A stretch of 64,000 nt of DNA from Pelotomaculum sp. (GCA_003489345.1 DNIT01000188.1:79-64078); one strand, 5' to 3'; positions 18,746 to 26,057 are shown, numbered from the stretch's first letter. A program made the numbers and translations. The notes: a model not told the origin generated them from the letters alone.

Positions 18746-18889
18746 ATGGAAGATTGCAAAGAAAAAGACTGCGATAACTGCCCCAAAGTTACGGAGCTAC
18801 TACTGGAGAAAAGCAAGTTGTTTGCTGAGAACAGCAGGCTGCGGCAAATCATCAGCCAGGCAGAGAATGTACTGGCTGCTGCGAAGTAG
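18746..18889 (+). CDS. Hypothetical 47-aa protein
   Basis: ATG 2 nt after the protease stop with GTGAGG upstream; C..C motif then coiled coil. Confidence 0.5.
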   Translation: MEDCKEKDCDNCPKVTELLLEKSKLFAENSRLRQIISQAENVLAAAK

Positions 18890-19078
18890 AGAAAGGAATG
18901 ATCGCATGTACCCCAGTTGCTACGGCTAAAGGCACTCAAATATCTATGTAGCAAGCCGCTCCCATGGTGGAAGCGGTTATTTTTACGCCTGAGAGGCAGG
19001 TGATGCCCTATCAAGCCGAACGACTCATCTGTTGACCTGCGCTTTATATGAATTTACAAAACAAAAGGAGATGTTATT

Positions 19079-19402
19079 ATGGATACCATTCTTAGTATGT
19101 TTGATCCAGCGGTGTTGATTGGCCTGAAAGTTGCCTTCTTTGCTATCCTGGGGGATGCCGCGCTTGGTTGGCTGTTTGCTTTTTCGCAGGGCTCCTTTGA
19201 CATCCGGGAGGTACCCCGATTCCTTCGGACTAACCTGTTGCCGTATATGGGAGCGCTGGTAATTACGGCGCTTTTGTCACTCCTAGGGGATGACTACAAG
19301 GCGGTATTTTTTGTGGTGACGGCCATTGTGACCGCTAAATTTGGCGTAGAGGCATTGAAGGATAAGTTGGTGAGGTATTTCAAGCCAACATCTGAGCCGT
19401 AA
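19079..19402 (+). CDS. Small membrane protein (second holin-like)
   Basis: SD AAGGAG; about three hydrophobic segments; end of the lysis cassette. Confidence 0.6.
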   Translation: MDTILSMFDPAVLIGLKVAFFAILGDAALGWLFAFSQGSFDIREVPRFLRTNLLPYMGALVITALLSLLGDDYKAVFFVVTAIVTAKFGVEALKDKLVRYFKPTSEP

Positions 19403-19450
19403 GAGTTGTCCATTATGTGCTTATAATATAAGTAGAAAAAGTACAGAGAC

Positions 19451-19484
19451 AAAGGGCCGCTTCCTTCGGGAGGCGGTCTTTTTT
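19451..19484 (+). terminator. Terminator of the late/lysis operon
   Basis: AAAGGGCCGCTTCC-TTCG-GGAGGCGGTCTTTTTT. Confidence 0.8.
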
Positions 19485-19559
19485 GTTTACTGAAGGAAAT
19501 TATCTGTAATATATTAACAATTAGAAAATATCTTATAAAACTAAAAGAGGTGTTTCCTA

Positions 19560-19697
19560 ATGCCCGTTGAAAAAAGAGAGAGACCAGTAATCAAGGGAAA
19601 TGATGCAAAACGGTTCTTAGAAGAAGAAAAGAAAGTTAATGAAAGGCTAAAAAATCACGTTGCCAAAAAACAACAAAATGCACCAAAAAGTAATTAA
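19560..19697 (+). CDS. Small antitoxin-like protein, copy 1 (45 aa)
   Basis: SD AAGAGGTG; RERPVIKGNDAKRFLEEEK is paralogous to the next ORF. Not in the ORF track. Confidence 0.7.
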   Translation: MPVEKRERPVIKGNDAKRFLEEEKKVNERLKNHVAKKQQNAPKSN

Positions 19698-19798
19698 ATA
19701 TCATTTGGTAAATAATAGCTTGATTAATGTATTTTTATGGTTATAATTAATTATACAATTAAATATAAAAAATTTTATAATGGAGGGAGGTGTGTGCG

Positions 19799-19975
19799 AT
19801 GGCAGTAAGTCTACGGGAAAGGCCCGTTCTTAGGGGCAAGGATGCTGAAAGATTCCTTTCCGAAGAAAAGAGGGTAGACGAATGCCGCGCACGATTAAGC
19901 AAGGGGAAGGGTCAAGATGCTGAACCCATACCGGTAAGAAATAAAAAGACTGTGCGTCTATGTCTAACAGAGTAA
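19799..19975 (+). CDS. Small antitoxin-like protein, copy 2 (58 aa)
   Basis: SD GGAGGGAGG; RERPVLRGKDAERFLSEEK; overlaps the GNAT start; promoter TTGATT-16-TATAAT at 19720-19747. Confidence 0.7.
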   Translation: MAVSLRERPVLRGKDAERFLSEEKRVDECRARLSKGKGQDAEPIPVRNKKTVRLCLTE

Positions 19976-20484
19976 ACCCTACATCACTCCGCTTTCATCC
20001 CATCGCAGAGCAAGATCACACATATTGTCAGAGTTTTTCTAGTGGCAACCAAAGCATGGACAGCTTTTTGAAAGAAGAAGCTTATTATAGGCATATATTA
20101 AGAGAAGGTAGCAGTACCTTGATAATGCTTAATAGTGAGTTGGTTGGTTATTTTACCTTACAAAGAAAAGATATTCAACTGCAGGATGGGGTAGCAGAAG
20201 TAAGGAGTAGTTTAGATATTGCGAGGTTGGCAGTTTCAGAGCCAATGCAAAACAAAGGCATTGGTGAAGCAACCATTAAGCTCATTAAAGAGATAGCTAA
20301 TATGATTAATGAGCGGTATATTACGCTTGATGCGCTTTTTGAAAAAAGAGAGTGGTATCGCAAGCTAGGGTTTAAACCGGCAATTGAGCAGGAGTATGAA
20401 ACAGAATGCGAAGATTCGCTTGTTTATATGTATCTTGATACCTACGATCCGAAACTCATAGAGGATTACTTTGAAAATCCATAG
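19960..20484 (+). CDS. GNAT acetyltransferase, TacT/AtaT-like toxin
   Basis: F.SGN..MD.FL, LVGYFTL, IARLAV....Q.KGIG, ITLDA and WY.KLGF motifs. Confidence 0.8.
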   Translation: MSNRVNPTSLRFHPIAEQDHTYCQSFSSGNQSMDSFLKEEAYYRHILREGSSTLIMLNSELVGYFTLQRKDIQLQDGVAEVRSSLDIARLAVSEPMQNKGIGEATIKLIKEIANMINERYITLDALFEKREWYRKLGFKPAIEQEYETECEDSLVYMYLDTYDPKLIEDYFENP

Positions 20485-20523
20485 ACCGCCTCCGGGCGGT
20501 TTTTCTTTGCAATCAAATATCCC

Positions 20524-20826
20524 TCACTTTGGCTTCAGCTCAAACCTTCCACAACTTTGTGTTTCCGGATCGCCCCCCTTAAGAGCGTCCTGCAACCCTT
20601 CAAGCCCAATCAGTTTAACGATCTCCATTACCGGGACAACCGGGGGAATGCGTTTTTCCATGTTTCCATATGCCTTGATACTAACTACACAGCCATATTT
20701 TACCTCTGTTTTTCCTTTAATGGGGACAAAAAATTTACAATGCTTGCAGCGGTGAACTGCCTTCTGTCGCATATCGGGGAGATACATCCGGTGCTTCTCC
20801 CACAAAACATTACTTTTATCTGCCAT
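20524..20826 (-). CDS. YolD-like partner of the Y-family polymerase, with a Cys-rich C-terminus
   Basis: N.LWE..RM.LP start resembles YolD-like proteins; overlaps the polymerase 3' end; C..C plus two more Cys. Confidence 0.55.
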   Translation of the reverse strand: MADKSNVLWEKHRMYLPDMRQKAVHRCKHCKFFVPIKGKTEVKYGCVVSIKAYGNMEKRIPPVVPVMEIVKLIGLEGLQDALKGGDPETQSCGRFELKPK

Positions 20827-22006
20827 ACTTCAAACTGTCCTCCGTGAGTGATATGCCCCTGAAAATTGCGCTTTCGCCAAATCGATCCCGTATAGCGTCA
20901 CAAGCTTTGACCATTTTCTCCTGACGCTCTTCCCAACCGAAAAGGTCAAACTGCTGGTGTTCCTTCTTGACGAGATTGCTGAACGTCACGCCAACAAGCC
21001 TTGTCGGCCATGATTCATTCCAGTGTTTCGACAGAAGTCTGCAGGCCGTTTGGTAGATATCGTCGGGAAGATCAGTATACTCCCTCATAGTCATTGCCCT
21101 AGATAAACAATTGAACTGCGTATCCCGAAGTGTCAAAAAAACCGTTCGTCCTACATAACCGCCCTGGCGGACCCGCCTTGATACCATCTCACTTAGTTCT
21201 AAGATAACCACTTTGATCTTCTCAAAGCCCCGAAGGTCACGCGGAAGAGTTCTCTGTTGTCCGATGCTTTTGGATGTGTCCAAAGATGTGGGAGTGACAG
21301 GAGAATGGTCTATCCCTTGGGCGCAATACCAGAGCATTTCACCATTTTTCCCCCAGCGTTTTTTTAATATCTCTACCGGAAAACTTGCTAGGTCCCCAAT
21401 TGTATGGATGTTAAAGCGGTGCAAGTGGCGTTCATATCTGGGACCTATTCCGAACAACTCCCTAACGGGCTTGTCATAAAAAGCTTTTCTGTAATCCTCC
21501 ACCGTTTTCAATATGGTCAAGCCGTTTGGTTTCTGTAGGCCGGCTGCCATTTTTGCGATCAATTTGTTCGGGCCGATACCTATGCTGCACATTATCCCGA
21601 CCTCATTCCGGATTCTCTCTTTTATTCTTATGGCGATTTCTAAAGGCGTGCCGAATAAGTGAATGACACCAGTCAGATCCATAAAAGCCTCATCAATGGA
21701 AAACGGCTCAACTAGGTCCGTGAAGTCCCGCATGATCTTAAGAATCCGGGTTGAGTATTCAACATAAAGCGAATAGTCAGGCTTGAAAAAGAACGCATCC
21801 GGGCATAACCGTTTCGCTTCCCAAAGCGCCATGCCGGTTTTGATCCCAACCGCCTTGGCCGGATAGGACGCAGCCAGAACAATACCGGTACGCCTCTCCG
21901 GATCGCCGGCAACTATCACCTCTTTGCCTTGCAGCTCTGGTTGCTCGGCGATATGGCAGGATGCGAAAAAGCTATTGGCATCGGCAAGCAGTATGACTCG
22001 TTTCAT
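20816..22006 (-). CDS. Y-family error-prone DNA polymerase (DinB/UmuC/UvrX-like)
   Basis: D.NSFFAS, AASY.AK..G, FSIDEAF.D, NK..AKMA...KP.G and V..LFGIG motifs. Confidence 0.95.
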   Translation of the reverse strand: MKRVILLADANSFFASCHIAEQPELQGKEVIVAGDPERRTGIVLAASYPAKAVGIKTGMALWEAKRLCPDAFFFKPDYSLYVEYSTRILKIMRDFTDLVEPFSIDEAFMDLTGVIHLFGTPLEIAIRIKERIRNEVGIMCSIGIGPNKLIAKMAAGLQKPNGLTILKTVEDYRKAFYDKPVRELFGIGPRYERHLHRFNIHTIGDLASFPVEILKKRWGKNGEMLWYCAQGIDHSPVTPTSLDTSKSIGQQRTLPRDLRGFEKIKVVILELSEMVSRRVRQGGYVGRTVFLTLRDTQFNCLSRAMTMREYTDLPDDIYQTACRLLSKHWNESWPTRLVGVTFSNLVKKEHQQFDLFGWEERQEKMVKACDAIRDRFGESAIFRGISLTEDSLKYGR

Positions 22007-22028
22007 AGGATCACCCTCTTATATCCTC

Positions 22029-22076
22029 AAACATGTGTTTGGTGGTAATTATATGGTGTATTCTTTCATTCATCAA
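22029..22076 (-). promoter_or_regulatory. Sigma-A promoter and LexA-like box for the polymerase
   Basis: TTGATG-17-TATAAT (22076-22048) followed by AAAC-N4-GTTT at 22029-22040, a variant of GAAC-N4-GTTC. Confidence 0.75.
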
Positions 22077-22124
22077 CAGGTATATCTTGGATTGTATTTG
22101 GTAGGCTACAGTGAGCAGAGATAT

Positions 22125-22175
22125 TTCACGAATACGAGAAAAATATCTTGACTATTCACGTATTCGTGATACAAT
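22125..22175 (+). promoter_or_regulatory. Promoter with two TTCACG-N4-CGTGAA-type operators
   Basis: TTGACT-16-TACAAT at 22148-22175; TTCACGAATACGAGAA at 22125-22140 and TTCACGTATTCGTGAT at 22155-22170. Confidence 0.75.
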
Positions 22176-22206
22176 AGAACCATAAAGAGGAAGGGGTGCA
22201 GTAAAA

Positions 22207-22605
22207 ATGAAATACGCCTACAAAACCCGCTACGGCAGCCCTGAAGCCGCAAAAGTAAAGGCCGCAGGAGCCAAATGGAATCCGGACATGAAACTCTGGC
22301 TCTCCGAAACCCCAGTTGATGGACTGGAAGCGGTACAACCGAATCATACATACGTTTGGAAAATGTACAATGAAAAGAATGGACAACCAGCCACCCGCAC
22401 GGTCAACAACCTGCGGATGTATGACCCTGAGAAAATTCCGGATGAAGCCGTCGCTGGACTCATCGGCCATGTCAACGATGGAACCTTCCTGGGGGCCTGC
22501 TGCGTAGAGGCGATCAAGCTCTATACGGAGACCAGGAAGCGCGGCCTGGACACCCAATATTTCTGGTCTACCCCTGATTGGGAAGACAAACTCAAGGAGG
22601 AATAA
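22207..22605 (+). CDS. Hypothetical protein (anti-defence/Acr candidate by context)
   Basis: Strong SD; VKAAGAKWNP..KLW resembles DUF5710-type small domains; first gene of an operator-controlled operon. Confidence 0.65.
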   Translation: MKYAYKTRYGSPEAAKVKAAGAKWNPDMKLWLSETPVDGLEAVQPNHTYVWKMYNEKNGQPATRTVNNLRMYDPEKIPDEAVAGLIGHVNDGTFLGACCVEAIKLYTETRKRGLDTQYFWSTPDWEDKLKEE

Positions 22606-22608
22606 CCG

Positions 22609-23088
22609 GTGATAAAAGAAAAGATTCGAGCCGGAATAAATAAAGCCACCCCTCCGATGGTGACATTCGCCGAAAACGAGGCTGGAAAGACCAGGCTGGC
22701 GCAGTATCTCATCTCCGGCATGCTTGCCAAGATAGAAGCCGGATTAGACCTGGACGCTATAGATTATGATGTTATTGTTGCGGCCCGAATAGAGAATGGC
22801 ATCATAGATGCCCTGAAGCTGCGCAGGGGTGAAAACCCTGACGCAGGCGGGCTGTTGAATTGGCTGGATGCCTGCAGCCTGCCGGTGGAGTACAATTTCC
22901 CTTGGGAGCAAACCAAAAAAGAGGTGATGACGATCCAGGAAGCCGCGCGCCTCTGGGATCAGGAAACCAGCACGATACGAAAAGCCTGCCTTGCTGGTAG
23001 GTTCACAGAAGAAGAAGCATGGAAATCTGGCGGCACCTGGTTGGTCACCGCCGTTGGTATGGAGAGGTTATATGGGAAAAAACAATGA
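22609..23088 (+). CDS. Protein with a C-terminal helix-turn-helix (Aca-like autoregulator candidate)
   Basis: VMT..EAA.LW....STIRKAC..GRF...EA.KSG.TWLVT..GMERLYG. Confidence 0.75.
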   Translation: MIKEKIRAGINKATPPMVTFAENEAGKTRLAQYLISGMLAKIEAGLDLDAIDYDVIVAARIENGIIDALKLRRGENPDAGGLLNWLDACSLPVEYNFPWEQTKKEVMTIQEAARLWDQETSTIRKACLAGRFTEEEAWKSGGTWLVTAVGMERLYGKKQ

Positions 23089-23108
23089 CCCCGGCAAAAG
23101 CCTGGGTC
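23087..23108. terminator. Hairpin terminator shared by convergent units
   Basis: GACCCCGGC-AAAA-GCCTGGGTC (one mismatch), followed by ATTGTTTTTT on the minus strand. Confidence 0.6.
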
Positions 23109-23110
23109 TC

Positions 23111-23173
23111 TCCTTATAGGTAGGCTATCGTAAAATCATACACGTTTCAATTCCCTTCGGGCACACTACAGGG
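23111..23173 (-). CRISPR. Isolated crRNA-like unit: degenerate repeat, 11-16 nt spacer, truncated repeat
   Basis: Minus strand reads CCCTGTAGTGTGCCCGAAGGGAATTGAAAC, GTGTATGATTTTACGA, TAGCCTACCTATAAGGA. Both flanks match the 30-nt clostridial repeat type GTTT.TAGCCTACCTATAAGGAATTGAAAC. No cas genes in the window. Confidence 0.75.
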
Positions 23174-23176
23174 TTA

Positions 23177-23205
23177 ATTATATCTTCTTTCTGTTTGCAG
23201 GACAA
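23177..23205 (-). promoter_or_regulatory. Sigma-A promoter of the crRNA-like RNA
   Basis: TTGTCC-17-TATAAT; predicted start near 23169, inside the 5' end of repeat 1. Confidence 0.75.
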
Positions 23206-23315
23206 CCCCGGCTTGTGCAGGTGCTGGCTGGCGCTGTTATGTGTGTGGGGTGGTGGGCGGTGTAGTATCTACCACATCGCAGACGTCCGCTATTTATAAT
23301 ATATACCGAACACAT
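23178..23315 (-). CDS. Hypothetical 45-aa Cys/His-rich peptide
   Basis: SD GAGGAGGG 6 nt before ATG; MCSVYIINSGRLRCGRYYTAHHPTHITAPASTCTSRGCPANRKKI. Not in the ORF track. Confidence 0.5.
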   Translation of the reverse strand: MCSVYIINSGRLRCGRYYTAHHPTHITAPASTCTSRGCPANRKKI

Positions 23316-23393
23316 AAAAATCCCTCCTCTGCTGCAGGATTTTACAAGATATTGCAGAATAAATCAGCATAATTTTCTTTGGAGGGGTATAAA

Positions 23394-23669
23394 ATGGAGG
23401 ATAAAAAACCTATACGGATATACTGTAATCGTGTTAGTATTGGATTAAGCACATTCGATATCACCCTTGCTCTTGCCTCTTCCTTTAAGGGTGGAGAGCC
23501 AGACCCGGAAGATATTGTAGCAGAAGTCATTATGAGCCCGCAACACGCAAAAGCATTTGCGGTTGCACTGGGCAATAATATTAGAGATTATGAAAAGATT
23601 TATGGTGATATTAATTTAAATCCTAATCAATCCGCTTTAGAAGAAATTACGAAGCAACAGAATGATTAG
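23394..23669 (+). CDS. DUF3467-like protein
   Basis: Y.N.V.I..S.FDI.L and V.MSPQHAK.F...L..NI..YE..YG.I motifs. Confidence 0.75.
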   Translation: MEDKKPIRIYCNRVSIGLSTFDITLALASSFKGGEPDPEDIVAEVIMSPQHAKAFAVALGNNIRDYEKIYGDINLNPNQSALEEITKQQND

Positions 23670-23684
23670 ATCCGAGGTGGGCTT

Positions 23685-24020
23685 ATGTTTACGACAAAAG
23701 ATCCACTCGGCAGGAATGTAGTGTTGAAGGCAAGTACATGGAATGTTCATATCGTAAAAGGCCACAATGAAATGTATAAACAAGAAAATTTAGTAAGAAA
23801 AGTAATCGAAAGGCCAGCGTTCATCTTGAAAGACAGGGATTCAGATGACAGAGATAATTATTTTGATCTTTGCCATCATCCCAAAAACGGCTCTCTCTCA
23901 ATTCTGAAAGTGGTTGTAGAGTTTTCTGATAGCACTGGTGATGTGGTTACCGCATATCCTATTAAAAACACCATCACTCAAGCAACCACAGTAAGGGGTG
24001 TAGTCTATGAGCGCCCGTAG
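23685..24020 (+). CDS. BECR/RelE-like nuclease toxin candidate
   Basis: W..HI..GH.EM, I..P..I, LKVVVE and VVTAY motifs; sits upstream of DUF2283. Confidence 0.65.
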   Translation: MFTTKDPLGRNVVLKASTWNVHIVKGHNEMYKQENLVRKVIERPAFILKDRDSDDRDNYFDLCHHPKNGSLSILKVVVEFSDSTGDVVTAYPIKNTITQATTVRGVVYERP

Positions 24021-24249
24021 GAGAAAGCTTACCCTGAATTACGACAAAGAGCATGATGTTATGTATGTGTCTTTAGGGGCACCTAAGCCGTCATATTGTG
24101 ACGATGATATTGAGGGGGTGCTTATTCGGCGTTCCCTGGAAAGCAATAGACTATCCGGCGTTACGATAATGGACTTTTCCAGGAAAACCAAAGAGCAACT
24201 AAAGCGGATAATCCCGTTTAACTTGGATATAAGCGAACTGTATAGATAA
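24007..24249 (+). CDS. DUF2283 family protein (putative antitoxin)
   Basis: YD.E.DVMYV.L and GV.IR.......GVTI.DFS motifs. Confidence 0.8.
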   Translation: MSARRRKLTLNYDKEHDVMYVSLGAPKPSYCDDDIEGVLIRRSLESNRLSGVTIMDFSRKTKEQLKRIIPFNLDISELYR

Positions 24250-24281
24250 TGCTAAGTTAAAATAAACCAAAAGAATGCGAC

Positions 24282-24307
24282 AGCCCGGCGGTAGCCGGGC
24301 TTTGTTT
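24282..24307 (+). terminator. Intrinsic terminator
   Basis: AGCCCGGC-GGTA-GCCGGGCT followed by TTGTTT. Confidence 0.7.
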
Positions 24308-24365
24308 AGCATCCGCGTTTGTGTTACAGTTTAGTATTATTGCAATAGAACTTTGATGGAAAGGC

Positions 24366-24485
24366 TCATTTGTTAATATTTTGTGTGGTTGATTTTTGTT
24401 TCTCAATAATACGGTCGGCCACCCGGAGCATTATTCTTAAAGCTTTGATCATTTTCAGCTGCTTTGGTGTGAATTCTTTCTTCAT
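24366..24485 (-). CDS. 39-aa basic protein starting at the edge of attP (candidate recombination directionality factor, copy A)
   Basis: MKKEFTPKQLKMIKALRIMLRVADRIIEKQKSTTQNINK; 22 of 25 core residues identical to 28419-28562. Not in the ORF track. Confidence 0.7.
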   Translation of the reverse strand: MKKEFTPKQLKMIKALRIMLRVADRIIEKQKSTTQNINK

Positions 24486-24488
24486 AGG

Positions 24489-24534
24489 ATATCAACTGGT
24501 CAAAAGCCCTTTAGTGCTGTTTACCAGTTGATAT
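24489..24534. other. attP-like site of the serine integrase
   Basis: 46-bp dyad around a central TT (24511-24512): perfect 12-bp outer arms ATATCAACTGGT/ACCAGTTGATAT and 19 of 22 positions symmetric; 6 bp past the integrase stop. Confidence 0.8.
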
Positions 24535-24540
24535 GGATAA

Positions 24541-26013
24541 TCATAGATTATAGTCTATTTCGATTCTGTTATCGCTATAAACTTTAACAGAATTAACCAT
24601 ATTGGTTATAATCCCTCGGCGCTCTGCTTCGTCTGCCTCTTCCCAGATGGCAGGAAAGTTTTCTAGCGTTTCAATCCTGTTTTTAGCACTGGTTTGCCTG
24701 GAGCTATTTTCTTGAAGCTGAATTTCAATATTTGTTATTTGTTCTTGTAGGTATGTTTTCTTCTCTCGGAGCGACTTAACCCTTTCCATGAGTTCGTCTG
24801 GTTCCAGCGCGCCCTTTTCAAAAGCAGAATACCATCTATCCAGCTTTTTATCAATTGATTCAATGTCTTTTCGAGCCTGGTTGATCCCTCGCAGAAGAGA
24901 TTTTTCGTCAGTAGTCTTGGCGTTGGCCTCGTCAACCACATGTTGGATTAATTTTTTATCATTGCTAAAACTATATAACTCCAGGATAACTTTGTTTTCT
25001 ACCTCTTCAGCCTGTTTGTAGCCACATTTACATCCTTCTTTTTTGATCATGTATTTTGCTGAACCATCTTGGCTGTAACATACATAATACCGGATCACTT
25101 TTTTGGGATCGGTACACGGATGGTTCTGCCATGTGTTTTTAACTCTCATCCTGGCACCGCATTCGCCACACCAGATCATACCGGATAGGAGTCCGGAATA
25201 GATATTGGCAGATGCCCGGATCGCGCCCCTTCCGTTGATTAATGACTGGACCTCTTCCCACTTTTCAAAGTCTATGATAGCTGGATGTTTTCCCTTATAA
25301 AGTTCCCCTTGGTGGTAAACTAACCCGGCGTAGAGAGGATTGGTCAATATGTTACGGATCTCTTGTTTGCTCCATCCCTTTCCGGTTGGCCCGGGAACTC
25401 CGCGTTGCTCAAGCTTTTCCCCAATGGATTGATACCCATATTCTCTTTCGAGATAACAATCATAGATCCATCTTACTATCTGTGCTTGTATTTCATCAAT
25501 CTCTAGCACTTTTAATTCAAAATTATACCGGTATCCATAGGCTGCAATGCCACCCAAAAAACGACCTTGTTTAGCGCTTTCTTTTTTAGCCATCCGAACA
25601 CGCTCAACTATGGTTTCCCGTTCAAGCTGGGCAAATACGGCCATCATTCCGATGGCAGCCTTGCCAAATGGGGTAGTTGTGTCAAACGTTTCCGTGGCGG
25701 ATTTAAAGCCGATTTCATTAGGCTCAAAGACATCTTCCAAAAGATACAGGACATCTTTCTGCCGGCGTGAAAGTCGGTCTAGTTTCAATACAAGCGCAGC
25801 GTTAAACTTTTTATCCTGGGCATCCGTCATAAGTCTTTGCATAGCCGGACGTTCCAGATCCTTGCCGCTATAGCCATCATCTACATAGAAATCAAATACC
25901 TCCCACCCTTGAGACTGACAATATGCAAGAAGGCGGGATTTTTGGGCAGGGATGGATATACCCTGTTCGGCTTGTTCGTCGGTGCTGACCCTAATGTAAA
26001 TTGCTATGAGCAT
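24541..26013 (-). CDS. Large serine recombinase (integrase)
   Basis: YIRVST..Q, D.GYSG...RP, LDRLSR, AQLERE.I.ER, recombinase domain, CGECG zinc ribbon and coiled coil. Confidence 0.97.
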   Translation of the reverse strand: MLIAIYIRVSTDEQAEQGISIPAQKSRLLAYCQSQGWEVFDFYVDDGYSGKDLERPAMQRLMTDAQDKKFNAALVLKLDRLSRRQKDVLYLLEDVFEPNEIGFKSATETFDTTTPFGKAAIGMMAVFAQLERETIVERVRMAKKESAKQGRFLGGIAAYGYRYNFELKVLEIDEIQAQIVRWIYDCYLEREYGYQSIGEKLEQRGVPGPTGKGWSKQEIRNILTNPLYAGLVYHQGELYKGKHPAIIDFEKWEEVQSLINGRGAIRASANIYSGLLSGMIWCGECGARMRVKNTWQNHPCTDPKKVIRYYVCYSQDGSAKYMIKKEGCKCGYKQAEEVENKVILELYSFSNDKKLIQHVVDEANAKTTDEKSLLRGINQARKDIESIDKKLDRWYSAFEKGALEPDELMERVKSLREKKTYLQEQITNIEIQLQENSSRQTSAKNRIETLENFPAIWEEADEAERRGIITNMVNSVKVYSDNRIEIDYNL

Positions 26014-26057
26014 GGTATCACCTCAAAGATAAACCCGGCTAAGGTTGGGCATGGGCA

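Noticed and set aside
22100-22110. GGTAGGCTACA resembles part of the CRISPR repeat, upstream of the acr-like promoter
   Set aside because: Only 9-11 nt, with no ATTGAAAC handle at the right distance. Too weak to call a repeat.
22342-22350. AATCATACA matches guide positions 2-10 of the crRNA mimic
   Set aside because: Only 9 nt with position 1 mismatched. A match this short is expected by chance in a window of this size.
23111-23173. Conventional interference-competent CRISPR array
   Set aside because: Only two degenerate repeats, a spacer of 16 nt or less, and no leader or cas genes. Reported as a crRNA mimic instead.
24489-24534. Intrinsic terminator for the integrase
   Set aside because: AT-rich 46-bp dyad with a central dinucleotide and no U-tract fits a serine-integrase att site better.
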